NCBI RefSeq assembly: GCF_001194135.2
Contig: NC_068983.1
Location: 160,339,646 to 160,374,004, forward strand
Reading direction: 5' to 3'
Source of the DNA: Octopus bimaculoides
Lineage: Eukaryota
DNA: 34,359 bases
The notes beneath the pieces are model-generated. The model did not search any database. It had not been told where the DNA came from and saw nothing but the letters and a program-made list of their open reading frames with translations. Positions 22,991-34,359 of the stretch are shown piece after piece. Numbering within the stretch: position 1 is the stretch's first letter; the number at the start of each line of letters is the position of its first letter. Both the position numbers and the translations under genes were made by a program.

Positions 22991-24149
22991 CACAGACACT
23001 AATATGAACTGAAAACAACCCAAGCAAAGAGAACTATAGAGAGTCAGACTAATATACAAAACACATAACTTAGTGCAAGAAATACGATGATAACAGATAA
23101 AAATAAACCAGCCATTCTAGTTGTAAACTTCTACTCCAAAGTAAAAAATTAGAAGTTAATTCTGTTGTAGAATTTACAAAAAAACTTATGTAGAAACAGT
23201 AAAGTACAAACTAGATGCTAACTATAATGACGAAAAAGATTTAAATTAAGGCCAAAAGGAAGTTAAAAATAAAAGATGAAATCAAAATGGAATTCCAAAT
23301 TATACTAAAGAATTAACGAAGTGAAAAAACAATCAATGACCACTAACCTGCAAAACTCGACAGATTGAAAGCTGACAAAAGCACAAGAGCTCTGGGCTAA
23401 AAACAGAAACAAAAAGTTTAATTTTAACTTCATGGCATCAATGCCTAACCACTAAACTATAAGGAAACAATAATAAAACAGGAAGCTAGCATAAAGTAAA
23501 GACTATGAAATTAGTACTATGAAGTGTTTGATCACATCATTTCAAGTTATACAATCCTTGCACAGTCAGAATATTACATCCACAGATATAACTGAATTGG
23601 TAGCCATATCTGTTGTGAAGTATTTGACATTCAATGCCTAAGAAATACTATAAGCATATACCAAAAATGCAACATAACAACTTAGATTATGCTTGTCCTG
23701 ACTGATAAAGAGATCAAGAGGAATTGTCGAGATATAATTTTCAAGGAGGTAGGCAATAATGTTTCCATTTGAATAGATATCTCATTCTGTTTTTCTGGCC
23801 ACAACATGCCCAGAAAGAAGTCAAGAATATGGACATGAAGCCACAGTTCAAACATCCTCATTAACATATTAAATTTAATGAGCCAAAAGTGTGTAAACTA
23901 AAGAGCCAAGCCTTGACAATATACTAGAGATTGGAGTAAATTATTTTCTGTATTAAGTATGCATCGGTCATACTGTCTCTCGAAAATAGGATTCTTCACT
24001 GCTTTTTAATGGTAAACATGAAGAAGCCTAAAATGCTGTGGCTGTTGTTGTTTAAACTTTGGTCAACTCTGACAGAGAAAACCCATGATTCAAGATATTT
24101 TAGCCACTCAATATCCTTCAGGTGAGAGTGTCACTGTATCGTAAGAAGC

Positions 24150-24280
24150 TGCTTCTCAACCATATGGTTCCATGTTCTGTCCCACAGCAAGGCACTTTGG
24201 GCAAATGCCTTTTACTATAGCCTCAGGCGAGCCAATGTCTTGTGAGTGGATATGGTAAGCAAAAATTGAAAGAAGCCCAT
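24150..24280 (+). mobile_element. SINE family B 5' half (degraded)
   Basis: GGCACTTTGGGCAAATGCCTTTTACTATAGCCTCAGG..TTGTGAGTGGATATGGTAAG..GAAAGAAGCCC, then (TA)n. Confidence 0.7.
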
Positions 24281-24323
<43 letters not shown>

Positions 24324-24326
24324 AAT

Positions 24327-24503
24327 GAGTATATGCATATATACGTACAGGTATGTACATACCGACATCCACCTGTATGTATAGGTGCATATCTGGGTAC
24401 AGGACATTGCAAACAAAACAGAGACGAGAAAATACACAAGCCACATAGAGAACATTCTACTTCATCAGCTACCTCCGTTTTAACACCAGCGTTTCGAAGA
24501 GCT
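24327..24503 (-). repeat. Non-autonomous repeat family X, copy 3
   Basis: Colinear with 4836-5032. Confidence 0.75.
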
Positions 24504-24527
24504 TTCATACATACGTACATACATACA

Positions 24528-24561
<34 letters not shown>

Positions 24562-25528
24562 GAAAGGTAATGCTATGGAACTTTGTAATAATCCTTATTA
24601 TTAATGTTGATATATGTGCATGCATGTGTATGTGCATGCATGTGTATGTGCACGCACGCATGCGTGTACATGTGCATGTATATATGTTATGTGGTAATGT
24701 TTCAGCAAGTAGAAAAGCACTTGATCAGCTAAGATAGTAAAGATAATCTTAAATTAAAAACCACAAATTTTTGCAAATAGCTGCCCAGTGTTTTCTGGTC
24801 AAATTAATAATTCATTCTGCCATTTATCAAGCTGAAAGTAACACTGTTTGTCAGTTGACTTTTTGAGTAGATAATGTTTAAACAAGAAACACCTGTAAAA
24901 TGAAGACAAAAAGGGAAAACACAAGAGAGATAACCCACATTACAATAATTTAATGCCTAGCAGATGTAAATCAGATGTTTACTAAGTGTCCAGTGGTCTA
25001 CTTTAAATTCTGACAAGATGCATTTTTTGAACTGTGGACATAAAGAAAAAAATCTCCTTTCTCAAATTCATGGATTTGTTGGAGGTTCTCAAGTGTTTTA
25101 ATAGATACAGTTTTTCAAGCGAACACGCTGAACATTTTCTAGACTCATTAATATAAGGTCTGGATTTAGAAAGGATTCCCCCTTTGATATCAAATTTGGT
25201 TCCTTCACCTTTAAATTTTCAGATTAAAGCCAAAAGGGTTGTTGAATATCACACCACAGTACCTAAAATTTGTAAGATGGTTGTTATATCTAGATTTAAA
25301 TTTTCCTTCCACGGCTCTAATATAATGTTTGATATTTGTATGACCATTGTTGTAATTTGCTGTGCTTCATAAACATTGGAAGATAAATTGCACTCCTGTC
25401 CTAGAGGACATTTAGATCAGTAAGGAATGAAACTTCATGAGGAACATGATTCTTTTTGAATGAGATGAAGCTTATAATCAAAGATAAGATAATAGTCTTA
25501 TCAGATGCACATGTGCACCATGTCTTTT

Positions 25529-25593
25529 GGGGTGCTAACTTGAGGTGCTAACTTGAGGTGTTCAAATGAGGTGCTAACTTGAGGTGTTCAAAT
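25529..25593 (+). repeat. 13-bp tandem repeat, 5 units
   Basis: Units GAGGTGCTAACTT (A) and GAGGTGTTCAAAT (B) in the order A',A,B,A,B. Confidence 0.9.
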
Positions 25594-27079
25594 GTGTGTG
25601 TATAGGTAGTGATTCCAGAGTTTTGTATCTGAAAAGTTTGTAAGAGCATTGAGTTGCATATGAGAGCATGTGTATATATGTGTGAGAGTGTATGTGTCTA
25701 TATTTATGCCTATATGATATATGTATGATCTCTTTTCATAAAAAGGTCCCAAGCAAGATGAGAATCCATTTAGTGTAAGGGGCTATGACGATGGGGAAAT
25801 TAAAATGAAAGACTGAATTTACTTTAGACTTGAAAAAGTGTTGGTTATAAAAGAAAGGAAATCAAAAACATTGTATTTATATGAGAAATATTTGTATTCA
25901 AAACCATGCTGAGTTTCTTGGTGGGGAATGGCCAATATCATGAAGCCATTTAGTCACTTATCTTTTGTACATTATGAGAATGTACAGAGAGTCTATTGAA
26001 TGCATAACTGTTTCGGCAATCATACAACAATTGACAATGTATAATGACACACCATGCTGTCACTTCCTGATGTATATAATGTGTCCTGTAACACCTTCAC
26101 TTATAATTAACGTATATGTAATTGAAGTCATTAAAATGAATGTAATATTTCTATTATGGTTCACATAGAACATAATTGCTAGAATTCAAAATCTGGAGCC
26201 TGTATGTGGTAGCTGAACTTACTAGAAATAGTAGTCAAATTGGCTTGTGTCACATTCTAGCCGTCTTTAAAATATTAAATATTCAATTTTGTAGTTTTAG
26301 GTTCCTAGCACATAGGGAAAAGTCATCACTGGAATGCCTTTGCTTGAATTATTGAAATATTATGTGTCAGTATGTGTCAATGAAAGAAATGCAGACAATG
26401 ATGCATATTAAGGTTGCTGCAAAATGTGTTTACAAGACTAGAGTGGTGTCAGATGACCTTAGACATGAGTAATAACAAGTAACCTTTTTGGCAACAGGAC
26501 TCAAATCTGATTTTTGTTTGTTCTCAGGTGACTTAATGTGCATTATACCTGTGTCCCTCTCAAAGGTAGAAGCTGTGAATTATGAAAAAAAAAAGCAGAC
26601 AATATTTAAAATTCTTAAACCTTTTAAACTTATTTAACACCATGGGGATGGAAACAGAACTGTACAAGTACAAACTATATTTTGTCTTCTCATTACTAAA
26701 GATAGGAAGGGACAATAAAAAGAAGATGCTTTTACCCTTTTGATACCAACCTGTCTAAGACTGCCCTTGGTTTTAGGATACAAACATTCTATTTTAAAGT
26801 GATATAAGCTGAAGCCTTCCATCAAGTTTTGTGTAAATTTATATTTCATGCACCAGCTTAATAACAAAATTATCTTGATAAATTCTACATAATTTTCAAA
26901 ATTAGTGGAAATAAAGACAGAAATATGGTAACAAAAGTGTTAATATTTTTTGTGTAGGAGTGGGAGGCTGGTATTTGTCAGGTTGAGACCCAATGCTCTA
27001 TGTTTTGGGATTTTTACATTCATAAGGCAGCATTTTTTACATTTGCAATGTAACAATGATCTGTAAGATAATAGGTTTT

Positions 27080-27270
27080 ACATCATCATCATCTTTTAAT
27101 GTCTATGTCCTATGCTGGTCTGAGTTGGATGGTTTGACAGGATCTAACTGTTTCAAGGATGGGATTATTCTATAGAGTCTGCTTTGGTAGGTTTCTATGG
27201 CTAGATTCCCTCTCTAGTGCCAACTGCTTTACAAAATGTAGTAAGTGGCTTTTATGCAGCCCCAGCACTA
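27080..27270 (-). repeat. Degraded (CAT)n-tailed retroposon 3' end
   Basis: (CAT)n followed by sequence similar to 655-740. Confidence 0.45.
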
Positions 27271-27502
27271 TGCAGTTTGCAAGACTAAGATCTCCTTTGA
27301 CTGTATAGGACAACAGATGGTAGGAAGGCAACTTTATGCTGGAAAATGAAAGATTGAAGTATAAAAGCAGGAACAGTAACAGTTTCTTGCTCTAGAGATG
27401 TAAAATAATTAATATTTAGATGGATGGTATTGACAATACAAAGCATGATTTCAAGCACATTCCCTGAACTGATGAGAATTGAAACGCTTACATACATATG
27501 CA

Positions 27503-27718
27503 ACACCTTACCTAATATTGTGAACTACCAAGGAAGAATCAACAACTTAAAAACACCACACTAAAAACTTGCCAAAATTTATGACATTGTCCCACTTGAG
27601 TTATTTCCCTTAACTCATTTTTTTTGTTTCTTTTTACATGAAACGCTTACACACATATGCAAATATTTGCATTTAAATATTTATTCAAGCTCATACATAT
27701 GCCCACATATACAAATAC
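27503..27718 (+). repeat. Local direct duplication, copy 1 (copy 2 at 31156-31370)
   Basis: Long exact blocks are shared, e.g. AAAATTTATGACATTGTCCCACTTGAGTTATTTCCCTTAACTCATTTT. Confidence 0.95.
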
Positions 27719-28089
27719 TTGTGTATAAATGTGAGAGATATCAGAGTCAAAATTGTTGGATAGTGTTGTACTTGAGTATAAAGAAGAGTAAACTCAACAA
27801 CAAACTCATGAAAATAAAAATTCTAAAAGCCCTGAAACATTTAACAGCTAATGTATGCCTTTCATTGCTTGTGGTTATAAAACAACAAATGCCAAAGCAA
27901 ATGCATCCAAAGACTATTGTAATTGTATTGGCGTGCTGGTGGTGTGCTATTATAATACTATTGTTTAAAGGTGATTCTTTAATGTAAAAGATCACAGTTT
28001 AAAGCAAGTAAGTTACATTACTAATGTATATAAGTAGTGAAAATATTATTTGTGTGCACCCATCATAGTAGAAGTATAGTAAATTAGCA

Positions 28090-28210
28090 GAGTCATTAGC
28101 AATTTGTATAGAATACTGCTTGATATCTATTTCTGTTCTCTGTGGTCCGAATTCAAATCCTGCCAAGGTCATCCTTGCCTGTCATCGTTTGAAGATTAAT
28201 AAAAACGTGT
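28090..28210 (+). mobile_element. Degraded SINE fragment (related copy on the minus strand at ~19130-19280)
   Basis: GAATTCAAATCCTGCCAAGGTCATCCTTGCCTGTCATC resembles the reverse complement of AATACAAAATTGACCTCATTGGCAGTTGAACTC at ~19180-19212. Confidence 0.4.
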
Positions 28211-28540
28211 GAATCCAGGTTAGTGGATTGATGGAATGTGAGAAAGCCAAGTGAGTTGTCTTCCTGTGTCTGTTGCAGAACTTTCCATTCTGACTGTGAT
28301 ACATGCAACATCAATGGTTCCAAGCTGTAGCAGCCCTAGTTGATGGCCTTCCTCTTGGATAAAAATCAGTGGTATGCAGAAGAAAGACTTGTACAAATAA
28401 CTGCTAGCTTTTATCCCCAAAACTTGTCCAGGTCAATACACACATGTGCAAATGCATGGTCAGCATTAACTGATGGAGGCCCTACAACACACACACATAA
28501 ACATGCACAAACACACACACACACATACACACACACATGC

Positions 28541-28679
28541 ATATTCACCACTTAAAAGTCAATGTTGCATTAGAACACACAAATACCACAATATTTTCTA
28601 AGAGAGAAAATCTCTTATATGGTTTTATGGTGCATATTTGTGTGTTCTAATGCAACATCTACTTTTAAGTGGTGAATAT
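28541..28679. repeat. Near-perfect 45-bp inverted repeat (hairpin / MITE-like)
   Basis: Arms 28541-28585 and 28635-28679 differ at only two adjacent positions. The spacer holds an inner hairpin TAAGAGA-GAAAA-TCTCTTA. Confidence 0.9.
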
Positions 28680-28739
28680 TTTATCTTTTGGCATTAATAC
28701 TGCATCTGTTATTTTCTCTCTCTCTCTCTCTCTCTCTCT

Positions 28740-28808
<69 letters not shown>

Positions 28809-29526
28809 TGTATCAGTGTTTTGAAATTACATTACTCTCTTTAAAACAAAATATTTAAATAATTTGGGTTGTATTTGGGGGTTACCTTATATAATAGGAT
28901 AAAATATATTACGGATTCTTGAAATACAGAATGTGTAAGTTGCATTAAATTTGTCATTGCATTGTACTCTTCTAAATATGGTATTTCATATCTCTACAGA
29001 TATAGTGTTATAAATTACTAACTTAACCTTTGGTAAGTTTCACAAAAGTTCTATGTTTCCTTTTGTCTTATCTCATCCTATTCATTTCTGCAAAATATTT
29101 TGGGATAATCCGTTATGACCACTGCATGTTCTTTCTCCTATTACCATCTTCACTACTTTACCAAACTTGTCACATCTTGCCCATTTCACTCTGCCTGGCC
29201 AGCTATATCAGTTTCCATTTTCTGTTTTACCTTCCACTTTTTTTTTTTTTTTCACAATAAATGCTTTTCTTGCAGAAATTATGGCATCTTTAAGAAGCAT
29301 CCACTAGCATTTGACATCTGTAACCTTATCTTTAGGGCACCAGTCATATATCATAGCAAATATTTTTATTCTTTTATTCAACTAACATATCATTCCCAAT
29401 AAAATTCTTTCAAGAATGCACAAACACTCACTCCCAAATGTACTTTTTCCTGTACACAAAGATCAGAAATTTCTTTAAATATGTAAATTAATTAACTGAA
29501 ATTAATTTTTAGTTTCTTACCACACA

Positions 29527-30047
29527 GCTACACCTGTGTGGTAAAAAGCTTGCTCTCCAAACACTTTGTTCTGCGTTTGGTCCCATTGTGTGGTACCTTG
29601 GACAAGTGTCTTCTATGGTAGCTCTGGGCTGACCAAAGCTTTATGAGTGGATTTGGAAGACAGAAACTCACAGAAGCCCATAATATATATAAGAGAGGGA
29701 TCAATGCGAAATGTATCGCAACAATTGTCATGATTAATAAATTCTCATATATTCCATCTTCTGTCTTTCATTTGCCATATATATATATACAGATATAGGA
29801 CAGGGAATAGTCAATTAGTAATAAAAATTAATAATTAACAATTTTTCCAAGTAGTTCAGTATGAAAAAACCTTTATCGGTAAAACCATTTCTAATCATAA
29901 ATATACAGGGATTAGCATGAGTTGCTAATCCGTTAGAGAAAAAAATTTGTAGTTTGGAATCAGTAGTTCTTTGACTGCTATTTCTAAATTTTCAGTATGT
30001 TGGAGAAGCAACTCATGCTAATCCCTGTATAATTATGATATATATAG

Positions 30048-30079
<32 letters not shown>

Positions 30080-30372
30080 ATGTGTGTGTATGTATGTATG
30101 TATTATGTATACACATATACATACACACACACACACAAGTGTGTATCTGTGTCTGTGCCATTGTGCTGGTGTTTGACCCCACCACACTTGACAACCAGTG
30201 TTGTTTATGTCCCTGTAACTTAGCAGTTTGGTAAACGATACTGACAGAATAAGTGTAAAGCTTCATGAAAATAGAATAAGCACTCAGACCAATCCATTCA
30301 ACTAGAAGCCCTTCATAGTGGTGACCCAGCATGGTAGTAGTCAAATGACTGAAACAAGTAAAAGATAAAAGA
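29527..30372 (+). mobile_element. SINE family B (head 29527-29680, tail 30139-30372) with foreign sequence between
   Basis: The head and core GGTACCTTGGACAAGTGTCTTCTA..GAGTGGATTTGG..GAAGCCC and the tail CCCAGCATGG..GTCAAATGACTGAAACAAGTAAAAGA match 12206-12623. Confidence 0.75.
29906..30027. mobile_element. 122-bp Tc1/mariner-type MITE
   Basis: Perfect 21-bp TIRs CAGGGATTAGCATGAGTTGCT (29906-29926 and 30007-30027), flanked by TA on both sides. Confidence 0.8.
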
Positions 30373-31155
30373 TTTCCCCATTTCTATGAGAGCTACAAAC
30401 AATTACCACTAGGTTTTTGTTTCCTTTCCCCAACTAAGAAAGAAATTTCAATCAATTACATTTTTTTTCTTTTGTATACATTATTCAGTACATCACCATT
30501 TAACTTTTAGTTAGATTTTTACTGAGTTCTGAAACATCACACACAGATTTCCCCATCAGCAGAACTTCTACATACCATGTCACCATAAAAGGCAATGTGT
30601 TGCCATAAAAGGAATTAATATCTAAGTGAACATGGCTGACTTGTTATGGTTAATGTGCTAAACTTCAGAGCAAGTATGTGAGTTTTTCAACCATATAGCT
30701 TAATCAAAGGTTCTAGAAAATCTGGTTTATGGTTATAAAAGGCTGGTGAATTAAACCTCAGACTAAAGGTCATCAGCATCCCACACAAGAATATGTTACT
30801 TTGCTTAATGAGATGGTTTATCACCCTCTTTCACATTGTCTCAACATGCTTATGTTGTGTTTGACCAAAAGTCTTAACCTTGAATTGTAGTATCAAATCA
30901 TGCACACATTGTTTATTTGCCATAGTTTAACTCTTTCTACTTATTTGGTCATCAATTACTGTGAACTACTTTCATAATATCTAGCATGTTGTATTGTAGA
31001 AGATACCTTACTATTATGCATGTTGTATCATGAACATTGCTCCAGTAAGTTATATATATACAAACAAATATATATGAACAAATATAAGCAATGCTAGTTA
31101 AATATAAAATATGAAAACTTAGATAAATTTTAGTGTGCTGCTTCTTATCTCCTCA

Positions 31156-31370
31156 CACATCTTACCTAATATTGTGAACTACCAATGAAGAATTAATAAC
31201 TTAAAAACACCACACTAAAAACTTATCAAAATTTATGACATTGTCCCACTTGAGTTATTTCCCTTAACTCATTTTATGTTTCTTTTTACATGAAATGCTT
31301 ACACACATATGCAAATATTTGCATTTAAATATTTATTCAAGCACATTCATATGCCCTCATAAACAAATAC
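31156..31370 (+). repeat. Local direct duplication, copy 2
   Basis: Colinear with 27503-27718. Confidence 0.95.
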
Positions 31371-32972
31371 ATAGAAACACATAAATGTGATCACAAGCAT
31401 CAACATATACATTTTCTCATAAATTTAAGACACACTCATAGTTTCTACAGCTCATTTATTTCAAACCAATATGGTTTACATTTCAACCTGCTGATATTAG
31501 AGCAGCCAATATATAGTAATACACAGATGACAGTTTAGCTGCCTATACATTCTCATTTTTATAGTCAAGGCATTTTGGCTAGTAAAGAGAAATCAATATG
31601 ATTGTTTTTCTTTAGCTTTCTGCTCTATTTTTCATCATGATAGCATGAGACTAATCAGTACACAGAAGTACCATTTCTCAGCTAGACATGTTAACTTCAC
31701 ATATCTTAAACTTATTCATTGACCTCTCTCCTATGTTGTGTAAATTTTTTCTTGTCTGTTTTACTTACCATTCAATACAAACCTATAATATTTGTGATAT
31801 ATGTTCACCTAGTTCTCCTATCTTTTGTGTGTACATAGAAATACTATTATGTCAACAAAAGCAGAAATACTCTAAACCTCTTGCTGTCACAACAATTTCT
31901 ATTTAACTGTCACATCACTGTCTTCTTCAATAACACTGATTACATTGCTTAAGTCAAAAAATCTTCTTTACTGCTTCAAGTAATCAGCTTATGTGCCTCA
32001 TGAAACATACAGGCTCTATGTACTAGTGCAGCATATGCATTTGTACATAGCATACATAGTATTTCCATGCAGAAATCCTCAATATTTTCTGGTTTATCAA
32101 ATATTTTGTTCATACTAAGGTAAAAATATTACAATTCAATTTTCCTTCGGTTCAACAAATAGATAATAGCATTACACTCATCTCAGAATTGGATTTTCTA
32201 GTCTATCAAAAATATAACTTTCCTCCGTTTAGATGCGGGTCAATTCTGTTAGTGAAATAGTTATAGATTATTGAATTGACTGTGGTTTAATACTGGTACT
32301 AACTGAATCAACCTGGAACAATAAAGTCACTTCTTGAGGAGTTTATCTGCAGAAATATGAGGCATGAAACTTAATGTTATTAAGCAACTGTTTTTGCTCT
32401 TTACTCTTTCTGCCAAATCATATGCCCTTTTCTCTTATGCACTTAAGTTCTATGAGGTTAAACAGAATAAATAATCATATAAGTAAATCAAATATTCCTG
32501 CTAATAGTATAGTTAGTTTACCTCCCAGATTGAATATATGCTTCATGTATTCCAAGATAGTTCATAATGGAAAACACCAGCCAAAATAATTAAATAAGAG
32601 ACCTAAATTTTTCTTTGTACTCGTATATTCTTCTTAGTGTTTTCAGGAACATTGTATATTCTAATGTTATTAGCATGTCACATGACCTCATGAATGAGAA
32701 CTGATTCATAAATTCAGTTCAAAGTATTTAAGATATAAACTATTTTAACTGAAACCTCATAAATGACTAATTTCTTCTTAATAGTGATCATAGACTGTAT
32801 AAACAAATGAGAGGAAAACTGGCAACATAACACAGCTTCTTCATTTATTTGTTTTGCATTCACTTTTCTATACAAGAACAAAAGTAGTAAATATCTACAA
32901 TCACATGCATACACACTCACATATACTCAAACATACATATACATCTGTGTGTATTTGTATACATGCTTATAT

Positions 32973-34003
32973 GGTATGGGATGCCAAATGCACTTTTGCC
33001 GAAGGACAAGAAACCAAAGCCAAGAAGCTGAACGGACACAATGCCAAAAATGGACATAAAGCCAAACAGACACAATGCTGAACAGACATAAAGCTGAATG
33101 GACAAAATGCCGAAAAGACATGAAAATTAAAATATTTGATTATAATTTTATTCCTACAATATGACCATTTGACAGACTAAAATGTAGAAAAGGTAGATAC
33201 ATAAAACCACGTTTTAAATAGGTTTCTTTACTGGATTTACAACGTAAACATGTAATAATAATGTGATCAGGTGTTTATTTTAAAATTATTACAATTGACA
33301 TATTAAAATGTACAAGCAAAAAATAGATAAGAGTATTTAAAAATTGTGAGTCAAAGATTGTAGAAATGCTAATCCTTCTTCTTAATCATAAAAACCACAA
33401 ATGGTTTTTATCCTATCATTAATGGTATCATATTTTTTTGTTAGGGCATGATATATCAGTCCCTATAGTAGCCAGCTCAATTAGAATTTCATTGGATGCC
33501 TGCTCATTGCTAATAACCTTTAGTAATTTAGTGATTGTGGGATGAGTTACATAAAGTTTTTTTTTTAAAGCCTGATGCCAACTGTCAAGGGAATTGTTTG
33601 TTCTCAGAAAATTATCATGAACTCGAGTGTGGACAGACCACAAATCAACATCAAAAATTGATTTCTTTCGACGCCCTCTCTGGACTATTCCTAGCCACAT
33701 ACTTTCAAAGTAAACCAGATAATCACTCATCAGGTAGGTAGGAATGTTTTGTCTTTTTTATTAAGTCCTTCAGCTTTATGTCTGTTAGGTATTATGTCCA
33801 TTCGGTATTGTGTCCATTCAACTTTATGTCCATTTGGTATTGTGTCCATTCAGATTTATGTCCATTCGGCATTATGTCCATTCGGCTTTATGTCCCTTCA
33901 GCATTGTCTCCATTCAGCTTTATGTCCATTTAGTATTGTGTCTGTTCAACTTCTTAGCTTTGGCTCCTTGTCCTTCGGCAAAAGTGCATTTGGCATCCTA
34001 TCC
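32973..34003 (-). mobile_element. Internally deleted Mutator-like (MULE) DNA transposon with 16-bp subterminal arrays
   Basis: Exact 32-bp inverted repeat at 32979-33010 and 33967-33998. About 6 left and 11 right 16-bp units (consensus near GCYGAATGGACAYAAW). Direct repeat ACATGCTTATAT at 32961-32972 and 34008-34019. Confidence 0.85.
33428..33730 (-). pseudogene. MULE transposase C-terminal fragment
   Basis: YFESMWLG..RGRRK..F..DLWSVHTR..RTNNSLDSWH..HPTITKL..EQ matches the recalled YFE.TW / LWNV / RTNN.LE.WH / HP.IW..EQ pattern of animal MULE transposases. The N-terminal catalytic part is absent. Confidence 0.75.
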
Positions 34004-34325
34004 ATACACATGCTTATATACATGCACACATGCCCATATATAGAGATGTATAGAGATAAACATCATTCCCTTTGCTTTGTCAGATACATAAGGTGTTCGT
34101 TTTGGTAAGGTGAGGATTTTGTTTATTTATATATATTGGTACTATACTATGCTGACGAGTGGAAACTAGATTTCATTCTGGTAATCGTGAAATCAGTCAA
34201 TACATAGTTGAGTTTTTTTTTTAAAAAAGGTTGGTTTTCCTCGCATTTGGTACTAAAATGTGTTTATTTGGGAAGTCTGGTGTGTGGCATTATTCTGTAG
34301 TAATGCCCTTATATAAATATATATA

Positions 34326-34359
34326 TCATCATCATCATCATCATCGTTTAACGTCCGCT
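34326..34359 (-). repeat. Start of a (CAT)n-tailed retroposon 3' end, truncated by the window edge
   Basis: (CAT)n then CGTTTAACGTCCGCT; intact CpGs suggest a young copy. Confidence 0.5.

Noticed and set aside
23682-23867. LDFFL string as a Tc1-like transposase remnant
   Set aside because: It is a single short partial motif without the surrounding WP..SPDL context or TIRs.
33749-34108. Repetitive ORFs (HSALCPF repeats; also 32854-33121)
   Set aside because: They are translations of the 16-bp subterminal arrays of the Mutator-like element.

Overview
AT-rich eukaryotic draft-assembly DNA with six N gaps and dense (TA)n/(CA)n/(GA)n microsatellites. The repeat landscape (abundant RTE LINEs, tRNA-derived SINEs with internal microsatellites, Penelope remnants) is what I associate with Octopus genomes; the species assignment is inference. 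I find no recognisable intact protein-coding gene, and most ORF-track entries are microsatellite or N-gap artefacts. The interpretable content is decayed mobile DNA: (i) a near-full-length RTE LINE (minus, ~6230-9950) interrupted by a Penelope-like remnant and a Mutator-type MITE; (ii) four more RTE fragments, a CR1-like and an R4/Dong-like RT remnant; (iii) a mariner transposase remnant with one TIR; (iv) an internally deleted Mutator-like element with 16-bp subterminal arrays; (v) several SINEs, two with clear TSDs; (vi) three foldback or MITE hairpins, a 19-bp minisatellite and a ~215-bp local duplication. The most interesting item is the Penelope remnant, which carries a tRNA-like A/B-box segment just upstream of a decayed hammerhead-ribozyme motif. 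Several short exon-like segments exist on both strands but remain unproven. I cannot support a claim of a new biological system from this window alone.
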